Assembly (NCBI GenBank): GCA_937625935.1
Contig: OW569359.1
Coordinates: 372,001 to 436,000, forward strand
DNA from: Tetramitus jugosus
Taxonomy: Eukaryota; Protista; Heterolobosea
Direction of reading: 5' to 3'
DNA length: 64,000 nucleotides
Shown here piece by piece: positions 1 to 10,864 of this stretch. The notes beneath the pieces are model-generated. The model did not search any database and was not told where the DNA came from. It worked only from the letters and a program-made list of their open reading frames with translations. How positions within the stretch are numbered: the first letter of the stretch is position 1; every line of letters begins with the position of its first letter. A program made the position numbers and the translations under genes.

Positions 1-1474
1 TGACTTCGGCATGCATATTCCGGTCTGCATCAATTTTAGTTTCATCCTTGAAACTTAGAAGTCTCTCATAGAACTCCTTCTTCTGTTTCTTTGTCTCTCT
101 ATATCTTTCATCCAGTCTATCGTAATCGTCTTGCAATTTGGTCATGCGTGAGTTTAATTGTTCATTCTCCTTAGTCAAATACATCTTATCGTTCTTCAAT
201 AGTTCCAGTTGTTGCGTCAGAGATGTGACCTTCTTCACAAATTCATCATTTTCACTCTCTGTCTTGTGTAACTTCATTTCTAGAACCTCCATATGATGTT
301 GCTGCTTGTTGTAATTTGATTCACAATCCTCTAATTTGTGTTTGACTTCGTCGAATAGCTCTGCTTTCGCTTTGCATTCCTCATACAACATTATTTTTTC
401 CGTTAAATCATGGGACAGCCTCTCATACTTTGCGCCCTCTAACTCCAACTCAGTTCTGTATTGACGATCCATCTCTTCTTTCAACTTGCTCAAATACTGT
501 GATTGATTCCTCAACTTCTCAAACTCGCCCACTGTTCTCTGAAGGTTCTCATTCAGTATGGAGTTTTCCTTCCTCAATGATGAAAGATCGTGTTTTAACT
601 CGGTGGTGATTTCATATACTTTACACTGAACAAATTCCTTCACTGTTTGTTCTTCTTCGAGCGTTTTTTTAATCTCAATGTATTCAACATCCGTGACCAG
701 TATTTCATCCTTCAAAATTTGTTTCAAATGCTCGTTCACTGGTCTCTCCCGTTCAAGTTTTGATATCTTCTCCTGTAATTCCTCCACCTTCCTCCTTGTT
801 TGAATTTGTATTTGTTGGACATTTTTCTCATTATGTTGTACAATGGCATTCAATCTAATTGCCTCAATCTCGTATTGATGTTTCTCGGCGTCAAAACGAG
901 CTTCCATCTCTGATATCTTAGCCTGGTAGTCACGATGCACTTTGTCAAGCTCCAATTTTTTCTGTTGTAACTCTTGTTGTAACGTATTGGAATAGGAATC
1001 CAGCTTGTACCGCGTGGAAGAAAACTTCATTTTTGGTGATAGCATACTCATGTTTGGTGTCTTCAGCTCGGACAAATCTCCACCCATAACATTCGGTGAG
1101 TGAATACCAATACTCGATGGAGAGCTAATCAACACACTTTCAGAAGGTCGTACCATTGGAATCAATCCGACTCCTCCAACAAATCCATCCAATGAATGAA
1201 TAGATGAAGGACTCGCGAAATAGCTCAAAATAGGCTCTTCTTGATGACTACCGCTATTGTTGCTTGTGTCACCCTCTTCGTGCGTGTAATACTCCTTGTC
1301 CGCGAAGCTAGCTTCCTCTTCCTCTGTCTCTGCTTCACTGTTTGAGCTAATGTCCTTGAGCAATTTGTCATACTCATCCTGATTCAAGGGAGTCTCTATT
1401 TGGGTTCTCTTCAGTATGCGATCCAGCAAATTTTTATGATACTGACTGTGATCACTGTTACTATGCCGACTCAT
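1..1474 (-). CDS. Long coiled-coil protein, PIBF1/CEP90-like; 3' end runs off the window
   Basis: Manual translation from ATG at 1474 (MSRHSNSDH...) gives a long coiled-coil frame. Segment ILVTDVEYIEIKKTLEEEQTVKEFVQCKVYEI resembles the PIBF1 conserved block. Not in the ORF track. Confidence 0.6.
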   Translation of the reverse strand, partial: MSRHSNSDHSQYHKNLLDRILKRTQIETPLNQDEYDKLLKDISSNSEAETEEEEASFADKEYYTHEEGDTSNNSGSHQEEPILSYFASPSSIHSLDGFVGGVGLIPMVRPSESVLISSPSSIGIHSPNVMGGDLSELKTPNMSMLSPKMKFSSTRYKLDSYSNTLQQELQQKKLELDKVHRDYQAKISEMEARFDAEKHQYEIEAIRLNAIVQHNEKNVQQIQIQTRRKVEELQEKISKLERERPVNEHLKQILKDEILVTDVEYIEIKKTLEEEQTVKEFVQCKVYEITTELKHDLSSLRKENSILNENLQRTVGEFEKLRNQSQYLSKLKEEMDRQYRTELELEGAKYERLSHDLTEKIMLYEECKAKAELFDEVKHKLEDCESNYNKQQHHMEVLEMKLHKTESENDEFVKKVTSLTQQLELLKNDKMYLTKENEQLNSRMTKLQDDYDRLDERYRETKKQKKEFYERLLSFKDETKIDADRNMHAEV

Positions 1475-1585
1475 TCTCTCCCCAATGTCTCCACGATCAA
1501 TCGTAAATGACAGAAGAAAAAAGCGCGCCAAACGATGGAGGAAAAATTTTACTTGAATTATCCTTCGTGCTGAGTATCTTCCATC

Positions 1586-2098
1586 CTAATTGTTCTTCTT
1601 TGTTGATGCTGGGGTTGTTGGGCTGGCTGCTGGAGAGCTAGTAATGGTGGTGGTGGTGGTGGTTGGAGAGGTAGTCTCACCACGAACCATCTTTGCTTCC
1701 TTGACTCTTGCGTGCAGATCCAAATTATCTTGATAAATGGCGGCCAATCGCACCAAAACAATCGCCAGAGTAAAGCTCATGATGGACATGTAAAAATTTC
1801 TCTGATTTCTAAAGACTTTGGTCTGATGCAAGATCATGGTTTCAAAATTGTTTGAATTGAGAGGAGCACCCTTTTGAATTCCCAATTGCTTATCACTGAA
1901 TGAGAGATAGGATTGGAAGGCCAGGAGAGCACTGATTCCAGCGATCACAAACAGTGCATTTCTCAGTCTGTTCACTCCCTTGATCATGGCACGTCTCAGA
2001 AAGAAGAGTGGTGTTGGCAGAGGGGCCAACAGAATAAATGTGGCCACGAGTTGGGCAAAGAGGGCAATGTACACGAGATTCCAACCAACAAGAGTCAT
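1586..2098 (-). CDS. BAP29/BAP31 (Yet-like) ER membrane protein
   Basis: Three TM segments, LLAPLP, FRNQRNFY (BAP31 FRAQRNxY motif), C-terminal KKxx ER-retrieval signal. Confidence 0.85.
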   Translation of the reverse strand: MTLVGWNLVYIALFAQLVATFILLAPLPTPLFFLRRAMIKGVNRLRNALFVIAGISALLAFQSYLSFSDKQLGIQKGAPLNSNNFETMILHQTKVFRNQRNFYMSIMSFTLAIVLVRLAAIYQDNLDLHARVKEAKMVRGETTSPTTTTTTITSSPAASPTTPASTKKNN

Positions 2099-2267
2099 TT
2101 TTTTTCGTACGTATTAATGTATGGTGTTGTTGCTTTGTTTTTGGTTGATGGCGAAAAAAAGAATGTGCTGAACAGATCATTGATTGCTGCAGCAAAAAAT
2201 AATATTGTTGTAAAGGCAAGTAACTGTTCGGAGGAACAAGTGTCATGCCAGGAGTACGTGTCCTGTT

Positions 2268-4013
2268 TTAGTTGACACCAGGGAAGGCACTCACATACTT
2301 GACTTTGAAGTCAGGGAAGGCATCTACAATCTTAATCTTGTAGTCTGGGAATGCATCCACAATCTTCCACATACCAGCCTTGTTAGCGAAGGCGTCAACC
2401 TTCTTGACCTTCAAATCAGGGAATGCGTCAACAATCTTAACTTTGTAGTCCTGACCGGAGGTTACAAACTTAATCTTACCATAGATCTTACCAAGTTCAG
2501 ACTTGGACACCTTGCCGCTACCACTGCTGCTACTGCTACTGCTACTGCTACTACTACTGCTACTGCTCCTGCTACTGCTGCTACTGTAACTTGGTCTGTA
2601 TGACGATGAGGACGAAGGTGAAGAAACAGTTACATGGGAAGTAAAAGAGTCAGAAAAATCTTGAGTAGGGGCATAGGTTTCCTGTGGTGGCTGAACTGCA
2701 TAAATTGGGCCTGGATTGTGGTATTGCGGTGGAGCAATGTACTCTTGAACTTGTGGATATGGGTCATACATCTGAGGTGGGGCCTGTTGAGGTGGTTGTG
2801 GGACTTGATGGTACACTGGTTGTCGTTGAGGTGGATAGTACACTGGCGCAGTCGGTGGAAGAACAGGAGCACTTGGTTGCTCGACTTGTAGTGGTGCAGT
2901 TTGTTGTTGTGGTTCTTGAGGAGTAGCACCGTCACTCTCATATCTCTGCTTTGCTTCAGCAAGAGCATTTGCTCTCTCTTGCTTCTTTCTAGCTGCTTCT
3001 TCTTCTCTTTGCTTTCTCTTTGCAAGTCTCTCCAGCTCGGCAGGAGAAGGTCCTTGCTCAACAGGCTTTGGCTTAGATGTCATGTAAGCATCGACCAAAT
3101 GTTGAATACTAGCATTACCACGTTCACCAATACCACCGACATTGTAGCAGAATTTGCTTTCAGGAACCTTCAAGACCAAGGCGCCATTGTTCACGTACAA
3201 ATCATATTGAGCTTGTTGATTTTGGACAGAGCCAAACATGAGGCATATCTTTCTTGTAGGTACCATTTCATTCAGATGAGTAAGACCAACCGGGAAAGAT
3301 TTGACATAGTCTTCGATCAAGTAAGCCAAACGACTAGCATACTGAACAGAAAGCAATGGCTCTCTCAATCTATATTCCTGTGAAATGAGTTGCACGTGAC
3401 CATTGATCCAATATCTCTCAAAATCAAAGTCAAAATGATAATTTTCATTCATCAACTGCTTCAATTTGGCTTCGAGCTTTGTGAATTCTTCTTTGGCCTG
3501 CTCAGCAGAAACCTTGTACTTTGCAACCATTCCCTCACCAATATCATCATCCAAAACAACTTCCATACCCTTGTACACAGTATCATAGGCATTGTAATTG
3601 AACTTTGCAGGCGGGACTTGAATCACCAGTGCACCGTCTCTGAAAAACACACGACCACTGTTCATTTTCCATGAAGCCTCAGCCTCAACAAACTCAAAGG
3701 TCAGTTCACGTGCCCACCAACGATTCTGGAACTCTTCGATATAGATCGGAGCATATTTTCTCGTATCATCCGTATAGTCCAACTGATAGTACAAGAAACG
3801 AGCAACAGTGGAAACATAATTGTCATAGATTCTAGTCGCAAGGTAGTTTCGATAGCTTGGGTCAATTGTAGACTCACTCAATTCCTCAAAATCAATGACA
3901 GACTCGATAGGGTCATTCTGCAGCTTCAAATGCTTATTGATTGTATCGAGGTGGCCCTTGAGCATGGATTGAGCTCCTTGGATGTCTTGAAGTTGGGACG
4001 CGTTCAATGGCAT
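2268..4013 (-). CDS. Uncharacterised protein with Q/P/S-rich linker and C-terminal KIVDAFPD repeat domain
   Basis: Long ORF, first ATG at 4013; C-terminal ~14-aa periodic repeats. Confidence 0.75.
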   Translation of the reverse strand: MPLNASQLQDIQGAQSMLKGHLDTINKHLKLQNDPIESVIDFEELSESTIDPSYRNYLATRIYDNYVSTVARFLYYQLDYTDDTRKYAPIYIEEFQNRWWARELTFEFVEAEASWKMNSGRVFFRDGALVIQVPPAKFNYNAYDTVYKGMEVVLDDDIGEGMVAKYKVSAEQAKEEFTKLEAKLKQLMNENYHFDFDFERYWINGHVQLISQEYRLREPLLSVQYASRLAYLIEDYVKSFPVGLTHLNEMVPTRKICLMFGSVQNQQAQYDLYVNNGALVLKVPESKFCYNVGGIGERGNASIQHLVDAYMTSKPKPVEQGPSPAELERLAKRKQREEEAARKKQERANALAEAKQRYESDGATPQEPQQQTAPLQVEQPSAPVLPPTAPVYYPPQRQPVYHQVPQPPQQAPPQMYDPYPQVQEYIAPPQYHNPGPIYAVQPPQETYAPTQDFSDSFTSHVTVSSPSSSSSYRPSYSSSSSRSSSSSSSSSSSSSSSGSGKVSKSELGKIYGKIKFVTSGQDYKVKIVDAFPDLKVKKVDAFANKAGMWKIVDAFPDYKIKIVDAFPDFKVKYVSAFPGVN

Positions 4014-4437
4014 GGTTGTGGTCAATGTGTTGTGTTGCCTTGTGTGAGTTTGGGATTTGTTTTGTGTGTGGTGTGTTAAAAGAGAACTCTGTTTTACTCA
4101 GTTCAATCGGTTATCAAGGCAAAGCAACGAACTGAAGTCTCATGTTCCCACACCGAGGACAATCCCTTTGCTATTTTATGGTTGTTCGCTCACGGGAACC
4201 TTATTCTCCGAATCTGTTGTTGACTCAGAACTGTCAATAGCCGCGAAAAAGAGCTCAACACATTTACTGAAGTCCTTCGGTCGAAGTGGATTTACCAAAA
4301 AATTCGTGCTTTCGAGCGGATCTCTCAGTTATATGACTGTAGGTCCAAAGTAGTACTTGATAGCTCTGTTAGAGCTGTAGCGTGAGCAACAGCAAACATA
4401 AAACTTAATATACAGTCGGTCGCAACGTGGCCTGCTA

Positions 4438-4806
4438 CTACTTGTTACAGTTGCGAATACCACGACACTTGGATGCCACAGAAACCAGAACAATAATCAC
4501 AATAATCAACACCAAAAACACACCCAACAAGAAAAACACTGCCAAGAGTCTCTTGAGTGCAGATAATCGCTCCTTTCTCTCAATCACCCATGTGCTCTTA
4601 TTTCTCCGCCGTAATTTCGATGTTTTTCCGTTGAGAAAATCCTCCGTGTTGGTGAGTGTGTTGATGGAAGCCTCATCGTCATCAAACATGGTCGCATCGG
4701 TGTCTGGGTCCATGCCCAGATGCAACGGTCTCAGAGATTCTGACGGACCTTCATACAATTTGGGAAAAGGATTAATGTTGCTCTCTGTATTGTCACTGGA
4801 GAACAT
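4438..4806 (-). CDS. Small single-pass membrane protein, unknown function (exon structure uncertain)
   Basis: 122-aa ORF with a long hydrophobic C-terminal segment. Confidence 0.45.
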   Translation of the reverse strand: MFSSDNTESNINPFPKLYEGPSESLRPLHLGMDPDTDATMFDDDEASINTLTNTEDFLNGKTSKLRRRNKSTWVIERKERLSALKRLLAVFFLLGVFLVLIIVIIVLVSVASKCRGIRNCNK

Positions 4807-4995
4807 GTTTGCAACAAGAAGCTTATCGGTCCCCTATTCTATTTTTTTTACTCTTATTTATGTCACTGACAGTGACGCTTTTCTTCCCAAATACAAACGG
4901 AGAAAGTAACGCAATGGCGGGAAAAGGTTCACTACAATACAATGCTGGATGTTTTATTGAACGAGAAGCTGAAAGCTACAAGCTAAAGAGCTAGT

Positions 4996-5768
4996 CTACT
5001 TCTTCTTCTTGCAATTGAATCCACTGCAAACAGCTGCAACAATAATCAATATAATAACAGCGATCACAACAATAGCAATCACGATAATCATAATTACAAG
5101 GATAATCAGTTTCCACATGGTAGCTCTCTTGACTGATGTGGCTCCTCTCTGGAAGATTCGACCACTCTGAGCCAATTCATCCGTGCTTGAAACCAAGTTT
5201 TCCAAACGATCTCCTCGCTCCATCACCTTATCGATATCATCGACCAAGACGTCCTTGAGCTCATCCACACGCTCATTCAACAATGTCAATTTCTATCCAT
5301 TGCGAAAAAAGTTAGCTCTGAGCTGATCAACTGACTTCACATTACAAAAACAACCAACACACACAAAATGTATCACACACGCACACACACAAAAAAATCA
5401 CAACTTACATCGTTTCTTGTGTCATTGAAGAAAGTCAACCGTTCCTTCAAGACTCGATCTCCCTTGCTTCCCTTGATGGCTCCCTTGTGCCAATTCTGTT
5501 CCATATCGTCCAACAATCCAAAACATATCCTCTTCTTGAATCGACTGTCAGAAACACACATGAAACAAACACCTTTGCTAATCTTGTAATGAATATCAAT
5601 ATTGTTCTTGTGTGTCAATGTTCTCCTGTGATCTACCCGACTCACTTTTTGAAGGACCATGTTGATTGCGTCATCGACTTCTGCTTGTGGCACTTGTCTT
5701 GGGTATTGGTTCGTGCGTTCGAATGGTGAACCTGATGCGATGCAGCAAAAGTGAATTTGATCTGTCAT
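4996..5768 (-). CDS. Longin R-SNARE (VAMP7-like), 2 exons, intron 5293-5408
   Basis: Longin domain in exon 1; synaptobrevin motif DIDKVMERGDRLENL and C-terminal TM in exon 2; GTAAG donor, GCTAAC branch site and AG acceptor join in frame (ND|KLTLL). Confidence 0.9.
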
Positions 5769-6209
5769 TTTTTTTTCTCACGCTATTCTTTTCAGTTGTT
5801 ATTGGTAAAGGGGGAAAAGTTGGTTGTTTTTGGAAGTGGTAGTCGTTCGATGGTGTTTGATATTCCTTCTCTCGTTGTGTTGGTTTTTGTGCTTGCTCAT
5901 CCGAGGTTGCTGAACAAGAGTATCAAACAACCAATGAATCAACACATCATACCAGGTTCCAATAAGCAAAAAAAGCCTATTGACGAAAAACCTGTCCTCA
6001 GAATAGATCTCCCTTTGGCGTTTGACTGTAGTTTCCCCGCGACCGTTTTTTCTATCGGGAATTCCGCAAAGATTCACCGTTTAGCTCTGTTGCCTGATTG
6101 ATAGTGTTACAGTTTGTGAGAGCCATCTATCTACTGATGAATTCAGAATTGTAATTGGAGAAGCAATGAACACTTGTTGTTAAAAAAACTAAAACTTTAC
6201 AAATTGAAC

Positions 6210-6671
6210 TTAGATGGCTCTGGTGAGTGTTGCATCAGCTTCTACTTGCGAAATGGCATCTCTTGGGCTCATCTTTGTTCTCTTTCTTCTGTTGGACACA
6301 AGGGCACTCTTTCCTTTTGTTTTCTTTGAGACGAGGTCTGGCAATGGTTTTGCTTTATCCTTGAAAAGCTTTAACCGTTCAGAGATGTCTATCGTTACGT
6401 GTGCTTGTTGTTGTTCTTGTTGTTGATTTGATCCTTCACTCTTGTAACTGATGATTTCAATGTTACTATTACTATTATTATTTACAATTTTGTCAAGTGG
6501 ATTTTGTGATTGTTGGGACTCGGGAGCTTGTTGAAGGAAAGCTGTTGTTTCCGATGTTTCTTCTTCATTGTCATGTTGTTGATCACTGTTCTTCTTGCTG
6601 AACATGCAGTAGGCTCCGACAGCAGAGCATGCAATACAGAAGGCTCCTCCGATGGCATATAGGAAACTCAT
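6210..6671 (-). CDS. Small protein with N-terminal hydrophobic anchor, unknown function
   Basis: ATG at 6671 (MSFLYAIGGAFCIAC) inside the 239-aa ORF. Confidence 0.55.
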   Translation of the reverse strand: MSFLYAIGGAFCIACSAVGAYCMFSKKNSDQQHDNEEETSETTAFLQQAPESQQSQNPLDKIVNNNSNSNIEIISYKSEGSNQQQEQQQAHVTIDISERLKLFKDKAKPLPDLVSKKTKGKSALVSNRRKRTKMSPRDAISQVEADATLTRAI

Positions 6672-7099
6672 GATTTTTTGTAAGGGAAGAATGGTTGTGT
6701 TGTTGGTTGAGTTGGGATTTGGGAAATGTTGGTTACTTAAACACGCGTCGATTGGATGGGTAATACTGTTAGAGATTATATATTCACACGCACAGACTGA
6801 GCAGATGGCTTTGTGAGTAGTTAAAATGGGTTTCGATGGTTTTGTGTTTTGTGAAAAGAAGGATTGCAGATGACACAACTGTCTGGTATTTATTCTGGTA
6901 TGTTGTAGTGACAAATGACACGACGTCAATCGGAGATGGTTGGCGAATCTCGTAGAGACTCATTTACGATTCGCCCCTCGAAACCAAAAAAACACACATG
7001 AACCGGCTGTAGCGATACGCTCGAGTCTACGGTGATAGCGTGACAGGTTTTACCTCACAATTCCAATTTCAAAGAATTGCAATGATTGTAAACCTTGGA

Positions 7100-9250
7100 T
7101 CAAGTGTCCGCGCTATTCTTTAATATGTCCCACAGAATATCAAGGACATCTCTCTGCACAAGACTGCCACCAATGGAATTGTGGCGAAACTGGGGTGTAC
7201 CAATCAACTCTGGCGTACGTTCTTGATCACAGATGGGCTGCATAATTTGATAGGCACGCTTAAAGTCTCTATTCAAGTAGCAGAACATGGCTTCAACGAT
7301 GGGAACGAGCACATTCTTGTACAAGTTTCCTGTTTTGCTGTCCAGACCTGCCTTGTCGTACAGACCTTCCATGAATTCATCTCTTTCTTCATCAGAGATC
7401 ACATTTGTTACCGAATTCCGTACCACCATATATGCATAGTTCATATCCAAAAAGGGTGACAAGTGCAAGTTGATAAAATTGGCAGAGAGCTGAGTTAATT
7501 CCTCCCAGACGTCCTCCAATCCTGTAAAGACAATGTTGCTCTTGTTGCTCTGGTGTGCCTTTTGATCCAATCTCCACAGGAAATAAATGACTCCGTTCTG
7601 AGGATTTGGATCCTGTTTCCAATTAGGACCTATGGCTTCTTCCTCCTCTTCCTCTTCTTGCTCCACTTGATTCTCGTCCACCATCTTGGTATCCTCTTTG
7701 CTCATGACTTGTTGTTCTTGTTGTTGCTGTTGGTGATGGTGATGATGTGCCTCAGACAAAACCAATCGATCATACCAACTCGAATCAATCCAAATGTGCT
7801 CTCTTAACAATTGAACTGCACATTCAATATCTCCTGGCTTACACCGATCGATATACATGAGAGACAAGTGCCAATAGAGATGAGTTTCCATCGATGCTCC
7901 CAACCCGTACCAAGTTTTCGAATGTTCCCACAAATAAGCTATTCCTTCATCCAATCGATGCATTGTATGATAAATGTGAGACATGGCATGATGATTCCAC
8001 GGATTCTTGAACTGTAGATGAAAATTTCGAACACTAGTGTCCTCTTGCAATATAAAACTACTGCTCCTATTATGACTACCATCACCACCACTACTACTAC
8101 TACTACTATTTGAGTTACTATTGTTAATATTATTGTTACTACCATTGCTATTGTTGTGATTGTTCTTGTTCGCTTTTGTCACAGTCTTTTCATGCTGTGA
8201 ATGCTTCTTTTGAATCGGATGTTGCTGTTGCAGCTTATGGTTATTGGGAGCGTGATTCTTCTTTTTCGCATGATTCTTCTTTTTTTTCTTATGATGATTA
8301 TTCACCGTACTATTGTGAGTTTGATTTTGCATGTTATGATTGCCATCGTCATCATCATCATCATCATTATCATTATACTGCCGCACAGACCTCACAAATC
8401 GTTCAAATCTCATTTGACTGTCTATTCCCACTTTTTCTGCTTCTTCCATTCGATTCAATTCTTCCAATATAAAACATTGCATACTGCACACGTAATGTCC
8501 AAATTGAAATTCAATTGAACTCACATCAACATCACTACCATGATTATAATGACTACCATGACTACTCGTCGTATGACTCTTCAAAAGACTTGGCAACACA
8601 TATTGATTCATCAAATGAAACAATCGCTGAATCTGATAGGTTGCAATCGCATGTTGATACGCAAAAAACAGTGACCACAAATTCTGAGGACAAACTGTAA
8701 ACAATTGCGCATGAATTTCAAATGCAGAGAATGAATCACCCTGATACCAACATTCGATTGCTTTCATTAATAATTTTTGAGAGCTATCATCATCATCATC
8801 ATCATTATTATTGTTGTTGTTATTGTTGTTGATATCACTTGAGTCATCATCAGTGTGATGATTGTTGAAATGTTCCTGAAACAGAGTAAACAATCGTTTG
8901 GCACTGTTGAAATCACCACTAAACAAGTAACATCCAGTTAACAGTGGAATCAATTGTTGAATGTTGTCAATGGGTATTGTACTGCTTTTATGATGATGAT
9001 GAACGAGTTGTAATTTTTCTTGTTGTTGTGATGTTGATGTTGGTGACGATGATGAGCATGTTGTCATGTATTGTTGTTCGACGAGTTGAGTCAATTGGGA
9101 GAGAATGGAGCCATTGCCATACATGAACAAGTGATGAACGAGTAGGTCAAGTATGGAGACATGTGGTTGTTTTATTGGTGATGATGATGAGGTTGTTGTT
9201 GATGATGATGATTTAGTTGGGTGGTGGTGTTGAGTTGTCATGATGGTCAT
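7100..9250 (-). CDS. TTC38-like tetratricopeptide repeat protein with low-complexity inserts
   Basis: NPWNHHAMSH, THLYWHLSL and IGGSLVQRDV motifs typical of TTC38. Confidence 0.8.
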   Translation of the reverse strand: MTIMTTQHHHPTKSSSSTTTSSSSPIKQPHVSILDLLVHHLFMYGNGSILSQLTQLVEQQYMTTCSSSSPTSTSQQQEKLQLVHHHHKSSTIPIDNIQQLIPLLTGCYLFSGDFNSAKRLFTLFQEHFNNHHTDDDSSDINNNNNNNNNDDDDDDSSQKLLMKAIECWYQGDSFSAFEIHAQLFTVCPQNLWSLFFAYQHAIATYQIQRLFHLMNQYVLPSLLKSHTTSSHGSHYNHGSDVDVSSIEFQFGHYVCSMQCFILEELNRMEEAEKVGIDSQMRFERFVRSVRQYNDNDDDDDDDGNHNMQNQTHNSTVNNHHKKKKKNHAKKKNHAPNNHKLQQQHPIQKKHSQHEKTVTKANKNNHNNSNGSNNNINNSNSNSSSSSSGGDGSHNRSSSFILQEDTSVRNFHLQFKNPWNHHAMSHIYHTMHRLDEGIAYLWEHSKTWYGLGASMETHLYWHLSLMYIDRCKPGDIECAVQLLREHIWIDSSWYDRLVLSEAHHHHHQQQQQEQQVMSKEDTKMVDENQVEQEEEEEEEAIGPNWKQDPNPQNGVIYFLWRLDQKAHQSNKSNIVFTGLEDVWEELTQLSANFINLHLSPFLDMNYAYMVVRNSVTNVISDEERDEFMEGLYDKAGLDSKTGNLYKNVLVPIVEAMFCYLNRDFKRAYQIMQPICDQERTPELIGTPQFRHNSIGGSLVQRDVLDILWDILKNSADT

Positions 9251-9667
9251 TCTTCATGGCAATTTTTTTTGTTGTTCTTCGAGTCGTGCTGTGTGGGACA
9301 AATTGCAGTTTTGTTGTTTGTTGTTTCGCGTTGGTTAATGCGTGCGATTGGTTCCAAAGTGATGGTGGTGTGGTGTTTGTTTGGAGTGAGAAGTGTGCGA
9401 TTGGTTGTGTGCTGCCTCTTTTCTTTGGTGGAACTCTATTGGACAATGGAGCAATTGCAATGCCCGGAATCAGGAAGGTTTTTGGTATTCGAGAGATCAA
9501 ACTGTTGACAACAACGTTCATGACATGCTCCTGCTGTTAGGGGATTCTCAACACAGAGCTGTTCACCAAATTTGCTCGAACTGTTGAAGGGTTCCGACGC
9601 TCCGATGTGCTATTCCAAATCCACTTTGCAGCAATCAATGAGATTGAATACGCATCATGAACTCACT

Positions 9668-10801
9668 TTACTTCTTTTTCCTAGTTGAGTCATCATCAAG
9701 CCCTAAAGAATCTAGCAAATCTTGCCACATTTCAATCCGAAACACTGTAGCTGTTCTGCCGTCTTCTTCTGCTTCTTCACTTGTTGCTGAGTCCTCACTT
9801 GTAGTAGCTGTGGTAGTCGTAGTGGTGCTCTCTTGTGAATCTTCGTTGTCATCAATCTTGACACTCACATTCATACCATCCAAATGGAACCAATACGTCT
9901 GATCTGCACACTTCTTTCTCCGATGGACACTTCTGGGATCAAGGTACAGAATTTGTTCAATGGCCAACTTTGCCATTCTCCAGTCACTATAGAATTGAAG
10001 TCTATTGTCTCTCACAAGTTGTTTCAATTGTTCAGTGGCTTCCTCTGTGAACATAATGTGATCAATGGGCTTTACAGGTGACTGAGTAATCCATTCTGGG
10101 ACTCGCACAACGGCATCATTGGCAACTTGTTCTTTACCAGCTTCTTGATTCACAACCACGTCCATTTCTTCACTGTTCACAGATTGATTCAATGTCGATT
10201 GATTCAACAATTGACTGCTCTGCAATTGATAGGCATTGTCATAATCAGGTATAAATGGCTTGATATCCAGCACTGGTGTCCCATCAATCAAATCAATACC
10301 ACTCACATGCACAGTGCTAGTCTTTAAATCGACAGATTCTAGCTTGGCCAGTGTGAGACCAATGGGATTGGGTCTGTGGGGTGCTCTCGTCGCAAACACG
10401 CCCACTTTTCTCCCATTCAGCCTTGGTGGTGCAATTTTTGGCTTGACCATGCCTCTCTGCTCAAAATGAACACCATTGTCATGAAAGACATAAATGATCC
10501 ATACGTGAGAAAATTCTTGGAGACCAGTGAGTGAATGGTGAGTCGTTAGCTTTCCAAAACAATTTTCAGGAACGAGCTTTAGGAAGCCTTTGGAGTAGGG
10601 TGCGAGAGAGCCTTGACGTGGAGTGGCATTTTTGCGTGAAAAGACGGAGGAAAAGTAGGCAATGGGACGAAGAGAAATGGTGTTGTTGTTGTTAGTGTTG
10701 TTGTTAGTGTTGTTGTTGGTGGTTGATGATGGTGATGATGATGATTGTTGTTGATGATCATCATCATTGTTTGAGTCAGCTGTAGTAGTTGTGGATTGCA
10801 T
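9668..10801 (-). CDS. TRMO: tRNA m6t6A37 methyltransferase TrmO/TsaA
   Basis: TPRQG, GVFATRAPHRPNPIGLT, GIDLIDGTPVLDIKPF. Confidence 0.93.
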   Translation of the reverse strand: MQSTTTTADSNNDDDHQQQSSSSPSSTTNNNTNNNTNNNNTISLRPIAYFSSVFSRKNATPRQGSLAPYSKGFLKLVPENCFGKLTTHHSLTGLQEFSHVWIIYVFHDNGVHFEQRGMVKPKIAPPRLNGRKVGVFATRAPHRPNPIGLTLAKLESVDLKTSTVHVSGIDLIDGTPVLDIKPFIPDYDNAYQLQSSQLLNQSTLNQSVNSEEMDVVVNQEAGKEQVANDAVVRVPEWITQSPVKPIDHIMFTEEATEQLKQLVRDNRLQFYSDWRMAKLAIEQILYLDPRSVHRRKKCADQTYWFHLDGMNVSVKIDDNEDSQESTTTTTTATTSEDSATSEEAEEDGRTATVFRIEMWQDLLDSLGLDDDSTRKKK

Positions 10802-10864
10802 TTTTTGGCGGTGGAATAATTGAAATTGAAGTCTTCAAACAGAAGAATAGATACAATAGAAAAT

